Source: Psilocybe cubensis (Eukaryota). Taken from it: DNA of 64,000 nucleotides. The stretch is taken from the NCBI GenBank assembly GCA_017499595.2, contig CM039002.1:1736001-1800000 (forward strand), read 5' to 3'. The translations under genes were made by a program, and so were the position numbers. Under the pieces are notes generated by a model. That model had not been told where the DNA came from and ran no database searches. It saw only the letters and a program-made list of their open reading frames with translations. Of the stretch, positions 56,197 through 64,000 are shown piece after piece (positions within the stretch are counted from its first letter, which is position 1; the number at the start of each line of letters is the position of its first letter).

Positions 56197-57801
56197 CAGT
56201 GGGCAAAAAAACTGTTTGAGTGTTGGTCACATATGAAAAGATTAATTTATAACTTTGAAATTAAAAATGTTAAAAATATGAGATTATTCACAGATATACT
56301 ATATGGTGTTAGCTAAAGGATGACACACTGATCATGTGATTTGTCCAAGAATTGACCAAACAGCAGCATACACAATTTGCTAAGTCATTTGAACAGTTTT
56401 TTTGCTAGTAATTTAAATGCTATAAACTATGTATTATCACATGACTTTGTTGATATACCAAACAATTATCAATAAAATCATGTGACTACATGTTGAATAG
56501 GTATATAATAGCTATAACCAACCTCTTTATCCCCCCAATCAAGCATAAAACCCCTCTTTAAAGCAACCATTGCTACTATTGTCTCTTTTCTTACTTCTAG
56601 TCACTCCTATGCCTCTATTAAGGCCCAGACTAGAGTTAGTGCTGGTTCTATCACCAAGATTTGCCAAGACTACTGTCCTGAGGCAGTGGTTTCCCATGGA
56701 GGACGCCCAAAGAAGCTGACTGGTGCCAATATCATCTATACCAAGCGTGGAATTTGAACTGGACAAATCAAGAATGCTGTGCAAGCTGCCAAGTCTCTGG
56801 CTACTATTAATGGCCAGAATATCAGTCCTCAAACAGTTAGGAATGCACTCAAATCAACTGGCATGGTCTCAGTAGCAAAACAAAAGAAGCCTTTGTTATC
56901 AAAAAAGCATAGGAGGGCTAGATTGGAGTTTGCAGAAAGGCACTTGGAGTGGACTGTGGATGACTGGGCAAGAGTCTGGTGGTCAGATGAGACCAAAATC
57001 AACAGATTGGGTTCAGATAGCAGAGATCAGGTGTGGATAGACAAGGAAAACAGACAGGACCCCAGGAAGATTAAGCAAACTGTGAAGTTTGGAGGAGAAA
57101 ACTTGATGATGTAGGGTTGTATGAAATGGGAAGGAATTGGATTTGCCACTAGAATTGATGGGAAGATGGATGCTCAGTTATACACTGAGATCCTAGGTGA
57201 TAAGCTCCTAAAATCCTTGGAGTGGTATGGTCAACAGGTAGAAGATATCTACTTTCAGCAAGACAATGACCCCAAGCACACCTCAAAATTGGCCAAGAAA
57301 TGGTTTGAAGAGCAGAATTTTAGGATCCTTATATGGCCTGCACAATTTCCAGATCTCAACCCTATTGAACATCTATGGGAATACCTCAAAAGAAGACTTA
57401 ATGAATATGAAGTCCCACCAAAGGGTATCCATGAACTTTGGGAGAGGGTTGACAAGGAATGGAATGGAATACCCAAGGAAGTGGTGCAGAATTTGATTGC
57501 TAGCATGCCTAGAAGGTGTGCAGCAGTGATTAAGGCCAAGGGTGGACATACAAAGTACTAGTAGATATGATTTATTGATACTCAAGTGTTTAGCAAAAAA
57601 ACTATTCGAATGACTTAGCAAACTGTATATGCTCCTGTTTGGTCAATTTTTGGAAAAATCACATGATCAGTGTGCCATCCTTTAGCTAATACCCTCTAGT
57701 ATACCTATGAATAATTTCATATTTTTAACATTTTTAATTTCAAAGTTATAAATTAATCTTTTCATACGTGACCAACACTCGAACGGTTTTTTTGCCCACT
57801 G
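56197..57801 (+). mobile_element. Tc1-like DD34E DNA transposon, copy 2
   Basis: Near-identical to 40017-41617; TA TSD, ~210-bp TIRs; WSDETK, QQDNDPKH, PDLNPIE with 34 residues between D and E; stops at ~56756 and ~57112. Confidence 0.96.
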
Positions 57802-58943
57802 TATGGAGACTAGAGTAACTACTTCCTGGACTAGAGTACTCGACATATGACAACTATCAATAGATGAAACAGGAGAATGATAGATGTGGGACCAAACACA
57901 AAGATAGAACAAGGCATAATAGTGTGGGACCGTAACAGATAACAATAACAGATAGGGGTGGCACTAATATGTACCCTAACAACTATAGACTTGCTTGCCA
58001 TATAATATGTTGGGTAAGAAATTGCACAGTTATTGCATAACTCCATAACATTCTGCACTTGTATAACAGCATTTGATTCTTAATTTTTTGGCATATTTCC
58101 AGTAAGTATGTATGTGTTTTATTATCTAGAGTAACATAGACTCACCTTTGCATAGATATGATTAATTCTGGTTCATTTTAAGGAGCCAGAAAAGCCTTTT
58201 TTATGGACAAAAAAAAGCCTACAATGAAGCTATAGTGGGAGGGTACTTGGCCAAGGCATTAGCACTGATACAGTATTGATTTTTTAAAAGATTCCCAGCA
58301 GGCCTACCAGATGACAAAAAACCAACTTCAGAAGAGCTTAAGGCCATTGATGATAAAGCTCCCAATGCAGAAATCAAAGAACCTAACTCATTGGCTTTGA
58401 CAGATAAGGAGTTTAAGGCAGCAATGAAAATAATTGAGGAGAGACAGAAGCAGATTACCTATTGCAAGGCAGTGAGTTATTTGTTTGCTAAATGTGCTAT
58501 TGGCTTTGTTACTCACACACACTGATAGCAAATTAAGCAATAGATGGCCTATCAATATATAAAAGACAATAACTATGATTTCAAGGACACTGAAAAGCAT
58601 AATCCATACTGTGCCTTGCCTATGTACAGTTGGTTTTTACAGAAGTGCTATAATGAGTATTTAGAATTTTTTCTTTATTATAATACTTAAACCCAAGAAT
58701 AGCATCCAAAAAATGCCAGGCAAGTGCAATAGGCAAACACAAAGGGTTCACACCCTTGACAACTGTCAGAGTATATATTAGTGTTATCCCTATCCATTAT
58801 TGTTATCTGTTACAGTCCCATATTGTTATGCCTTGTTCTATCTTTATGTTTAATCCCATGTCTATTGTTTTCCTGTTTCATCTATTGATAGTTGTCATAT
58901 GTTGAATATTCTGGTCCGAAAAGTAGTTACTCCGGTTTCTATG
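57802..58943. mobile_element. Non-autonomous TIR element (~180-bp TIRs) carrying a gene fragment
   Basis: 57804-57990 is the inverted repeat of 58760-58943 (shared core CATATGACAACTATCAATAGATGAAACAGGA); TA-rich flanks; internal decayed coding fragment ~58155-58400. Confidence 0.78.
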
Positions 58944-61273
58944 TATATATAGGGTCTTGGGGTCAGTAGGCAAACCCCAGCTTTGATATTAACTTGGTCT
59001 TTGGGCATTCTTCTCTCTTGACTTAAGTTGATTCCTAACAACAACAGAAGACCTGGACAGTAAATAGGCAGAGATTATAAACCTTTTATCAATTAGTACC
59101 ACTACACCATTGCATGTGATATTTTTCTCTGCAACTTCAGCAGCTGCTACAGCTATATTAATTACTGCTTTATCAACCACTGCCACTACTTCATCTGCCT
59201 TTGCCAGTACAACTTCAGTGGCCACAACTGCTTCATTGATTGCTACTGCTTCATTTCCTTTCTCTACTTCTTTAGTCTTGACAATGTTATTAGCCACCCC
59301 TTCTTTGGATACCACCTCTGCAGCATTAGTATTGTCTACATCAGATGCAAATAGATGTCCCTTGGAGCCAGGTATTGCAGTTTTGTGGGCACCATCTATT
59401 AAACAGAATCTCTTTCCTTTTGAAGCACCCCCTTCATCACATGCACCATCTCCAATTCCATTTTGTGAGCCAACTCTATGTGAACCATCTGCAGCACCTA
59501 TCAATGCTCAAATTCCCACACCCATTTTTTTGCAATCTGTCTCCCCCTTGCTTTTGCTATCTTAACTGCTGGAAGATACCCTTTCAAATACACTTGCATT
59601 ATTTGCAAAAGCTCTCTTGCAGGTTGTTAATATGGATATTATTAACAATGACAAGGCACCCAAGCCTCCATGAGGAAAAAAAGGGCCAAAAAGACTACAC
59701 CCAAAAATGCTAAGGCCCACGTCTTGAAGAAAACATGTTTGGGCCCATTCTCTTGCTTTGCATTTGCCAACAATGCCCCTACAATAGATCGTGCGTCAAA
59801 ATAGACCTGCCAGAACCGCAATCCCGTATCTGTATCTGCCTTACCAATCAATCCAATCCCACCCTCAATGAGCAATGCAAAATATTATAGATATATGTCT
59901 TGGCACTATTAAAATTACAAACTACATCCAATGTCCTTCTTCTAATCTATCCAATCCTGCCCCCAATAGAGGGCGCAAGCACTTGATTTAAGGAATATAA
60001 TATATTAATAATAATTCCCTACTTTCTCTGCGGTTGTTGTTGCTCTGAATAGCAAGCAACAGCTAAAACAATCCCCACCATCTATCAAATCAGGCTACTA
60101 GGCACTATTGATGTCTATTAATGGCATTAGCTGACTATGTGGAAGCGCGGCTGGCCAGCATGACAATACCTATAGTATCTGGCTTAAAAATTAGGGTGGT
60201 GGGCAACTGTCTAGAAGAATGTATCACATCATTAGGCAATTGCCCAGATTTGATATATATAACCAGCATATATAGATGCAAAATTGTCTGCTTAACTACA
60301 ATGGCTTCTTGTGGAAATGGCATCTTTTTAAAAAAATGCTTGACCAAGATTACACAGCAGCATATAACACCATTTACTAATCTACTAGCAGTCTGGTCAA
60401 TGTTTTCAACCAACTAAAGCCATGATAAGATTATACCAGCAATATGTAAAAGAAACACTTATATGTTAATATATATTCCAAGGTTGAATTTTTTTGAGGG
60501 ACTGCTGTGATGTGATTTCAATTTGTAAATCAGGCCAATGAATTATTGCTGCTTTCTCAGAGTTTTTTTTATTGCTGATCTTTTAATGCAGCCACAGTAG
60601 CCATTTGCTGGGCCAACATTATGCCATTTGGTATCTTTATTGAATAATGCCCCAGATTTGTAATTATAAATGCATTTGTGAGTCTTTTGTAACCTTGGAC
60701 TAACCACTCTCTGACCAATATTCTTAGATGTACACATTTTTTTTTGCCCCATTTGTCATATATATATCTGTTTTTTATATCTATAATATGTATTGCATAT
60801 GTAATATTTGTAAATTAGAACAGACAAGTAGTCCAAAATATCATAACAAAATTATAAAAAAAAAATAGCAAGCAAGGCAGTGGAGATATATATAGAAAGA
60901 AAAAGTAGTACCAGATATAATGACAAAAGATGTGAACTACTTACAATAATTAAAGCAAATAGACCAAGATGAAAACAGTACAACAGCAATAATATAAAAA
61001 TAAGTCAGTCCAACACAAAGAAAATAGTGTAGCAAATAATATACAGAGGATAATAGCAAGTAGTATAAGATTAGAAAAATGAAAAGAGAAGAGAGGGTGT
61101 AATAAAAAATATATTGATAAAGTAAACTAAACTTGCTTAGAAGTAATACTGTAGCGATGGCAATATTTTTTGTATTGGTTGTGGGGTATATATTGGCAAA
61201 AAAATGCTCTTGAATTACAATTTGGTTGCAAAGGCCTTGTTGTTGAGCAGGCATAACTTGGTGTAGAGATTGA

Positions 61274-61747
61274 TGTTAAAACTGCTCTCTATGTCTCCCT
61301 CACTTTGCTATCTTATCAGATTAGATTACTTTCTTTTTATCTTCATTTGCTCTCCAGACCATTCTAGGCATATGATATTTATTAGTCCATAGACTGGTCT
61401 GGACCGGACCAGAGTAGACCTAAGTAGACCAGAGTACTTGAGTCTACACAGTATATAGTCACTCTAGTTTACATCCTGAGGTCCTCAGTTACTCACTTCG
61501 GACTTCAGGTTAGTTTGTTAGCACTTTGCTCAATTCACCCAGTTACTCACTTCGGACTTCAGACACTTTGTGCTCGCTTATTCCTGCGGCCTAGATTCTA
61601 TAACTAGGTCGCCGAGTAGCTCACACTGCCCCAAGCTCGCCTGCTTCAACGGTTATGGGCCCCGTGCTCTAAGCGCTCCAATTCGGTGTTTTGCAAACCA
61701 AGTTGCTTTCTGCATAGTTTTCACAAAACAGTTATTTTAGTCTTTTT
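61274..61747 (+). mobile_element. Copia element C: 5' LTR (61274-61650), PBS and start of 5' UTR
   Basis: TGTTAAAAC...CTTCAAC followed directly by GGTTATGGGCCC, a copia-type PBS; same LTR family as the two downstream LTRs, opposite orientation. Confidence 0.88.
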
Positions 61748-62472
61748 TGTTGAAGCAGGCGAGCTTGGGGCAGTGTGAGCTACTCGGCGACCTAGTTATA
61801 GAACGTAGGGCATGGGGTTAAGCGAGCACGAAGCGTCTGAAGTCCAAAGTGGTGAGTAACTAGATGAATTAAGCAAAGTGCTAACAAACTAACCTGAAGT
61901 CCGAAGTGAGTAACTGAGGACCTCAGGATGTAAACTAGAGTGACTATATACTGTGTAGACTCAAGTACTCTGGTCTACCTAGGTCTACTCTGGTCCGGTC
62001 CAGACCAGTCTATGGACTAATAAATATCATATGTCTAGAATGGTCTGGAGAGCAAATGAAGATAAGAAGAAAGTAATCTAATCTGATAAGATAGCAAAGT
62101 GAAGGGGACATAGAGAGCAGTTTTAACACTCCCCCCTGTTCTGACAAGTCTCCAGAATAAAAAAATATAAAGCAAAACAGAGAAAGAAAGATTAAAGTTT
62201 GAGACCCATTTTATCTCTACAAAAGTCCACTTTAGGAGGTGAGAGGGGTTTGGTAAGAATATCAGCAGCTTGCTGATCAGTAAGAATATAAGAAGGAGAA
62301 ATCTTTCTAACACCAACAGCATCCCTAAGCCAATAATAGCGCAAATCAAGGTGGTTCATCCGTCCATGATGCTCGGGATTCTTGGAAACACTAATAGATG
62401 ACTGGTTGTCCATATGCAGCACAGAGGGCTCAGTGACTGTGTAGCCAAACTCCTCAAGGATATTGCACATCC
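61748..62472 (-). mobile_element. Copia element B: RNase H end, PPT and 3' LTR (61748-62128)
   Basis: MDNQS..KNPEHHGRM.HLDLRYYWLR, ADILTK, PPT AGAACAGGGGGGAG abutting LTR TG...CA. Confidence 0.92.
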
Positions 62473-64000
62473 TGTTTAAGCAGGCGAGCTCGGGGCAGTG
62501 TGAGCTACTCGGCGACCTAGTTATAGAACGTAGGGCGCAGGGATAAGCGAGCACAAAGCGTCTGAAGTCCGAAGTGAGTAACTGGGTGAATTGAGCAAAG
62601 TGCTAACAAACTAACCTGAAGTCCGAAGTGAGTAACTGGGGACTTCAGGATGTAAACTAGAGTGACTATATACTGTGTAGACTCAAGTACTCTGGTCTAC
62701 CTAGGTCTACTCTGGTCCGGTCCAGACCAGTCTATGGACTGATAAATATCATGTGTCTAGAATGGTCTGGAGAGCAAATGAAGATAAGAAGAAAGTAATC
62801 TAATCTGATAAGATAGCAAAGTGAGGGAGACATAGAGAGCAGTTTTAACACTCCCCCCTGTTCTGACAAGTCTCCAGAACAAAGAAAAATAAAACAAAAC
62901 AGAGAAAGAAAGACTAAAGTTTGAGACCCATTTTATCTCTACAAAAGTCCACTTTAGGAGGTGAGAGGGGTTTGGTAAGAATATCAGCAGCTTGCTGATC
63001 AGTAGGAATATAAGAAGGAGAAATCTTTCCAATACCAACAGCATCCCTAAGCCAATAATAGCGCAAATCAAGGTGCTTCATCCGTCCATGGTGCTCTGGA
63101 TTCTTGGAAACACTGATAGATGTCTGGTTGTCCATATGCAGCACAGAGGGCTCAGTGACTGTGTAGCCAAACTCCTCAAGGATATTGCGCATCCACACAA
63201 TTTCCTTGGCTGCCTCCACTGCAGCAATGTACTCTGCCTCTGTAGTAGACAGAGTTACAACAGTTTGGAGTTTGCTTGCCCAGCCAATAGCACCTCCAGC
63301 TAGTACGGTCAAATAACCACTCGTAGAGCGTCCAGTATCTACACAATCACCATGTGCAGCATCAGTGTAGGTGACAAAGTTATCATGGCCCACAGCGCCA
63401 GAATAAGTCAACTTGTAATCCAGAGTGCCTCTGAGGTAGCGGAATAAGTGTTTAACCGCAGCCCAATGCTTAGGCCCAGGATTGGAGTTGAAGCGTGCCA
63501 GATAAGACACAGTAAAAGCAATGTCAGGACGGGTCATGGTGGCTAGATACTGCAAGGAGCCAACTGCATTGAGGTAGGGAACATTTCGCATAAATTCCAC
63601 CTCATCTCCATTCTGAGGTCCATCTGCCTTGGAGAGAACAGTGCCCACAGCCATAGGTGTTTTGACCGGATTAGAGTCAGTCATGCCATATGTATCAAGC
63701 ATATCGAGGATATACTGACGCTGATGCAAGGAAATGGTTTTAGCAGCCATATCTCGCTCAATGGCAACACCAAGTAAATACTGTGTAGGACCCAGATCAC
63801 GGAGTTCAAAACGCGCAGCTAGCTGCTTAACAGCTCTATCTATGGCAGCGTCCGATTTGGAGGCAAAGGTAATGTCATCAATGTAAATGGGAACAATAAT
63901 CTTCACATCTCCATCTGAATAGATGTAGACAGAGCGATCTGATTCTATACGCTTGAACCCCATATCTGACAATGCCTCATGCAACTTGAGATTCCATTGA
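62473..64000 (-). mobile_element. Copia element A: RT/RNase H, PPT and 3' LTR (62473-62850); continues beyond the window
   Basis: Uninterrupted pol ORF 62914-64000 with YIDD, LGPTQYLLG, TRPDIAF, YTDA, STTEAEY, ADILTK; LTR TG...CA. Confidence 0.96.

Noticed and set aside
58989-60417. Ala/Thr/Val-rich ORFs on both strands and further short ORFs
   Set aside because: Low complexity; coding strand and family could not be determined
61380-61565. Repeated 23-mer CAGTTACTCACTTCGGACTTCAG and AGTAGACC motifs, superficially CRISPR-like
   Set aside because: Internal LTR repeats present in all three LTR copies; eukaryotic context with no cas genes or unique spacers

Overview
Eukaryotic (fungal, agaricomycete-type) genomic DNA with short GT-AG introns of about 50-60 nt. 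It falls into two very different halves. Positions 1-33.5 kb are gene-dense. They carry a head-to-head acetate kinase/phosphoketolase pair, an HDA1/Clr3 histone deacetylase, ERG24, a membrane orphan, OLA1, a GPI-type cell-surface protein, a protein that looks like a fungal MED25 (vWA + ACID/PTOV domains), PITH, a TUG/Ubx4-like UBX protein, UBA4, APC10, a DDT/WHIM-PHD chromatin protein, an alpha/beta hydrolase, DBP2, a Rap/Rsr1 GTPase and eIF4B. Positions ~33.6-64 kb contain no recognisable host genes. This half is AT-rich, largely CpG-depleted and made of nested, decayed transposons: a TA-flanked MITE, two KDZ-type (CxC5/6 and CxC2) relics, a Gypsy protease fragment, two copies of one Tc1 DD34E element, a truncated Helitron with a passenger gene, a second TIR element, and a triple-nested Copia cluster. 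It is a plausible pericentromere/centromere or heterochromatin edge. All family assignments come from motifs recognised by eye, with no database search. Exon boundaries were read by eye, and CDS coordinates span introns.
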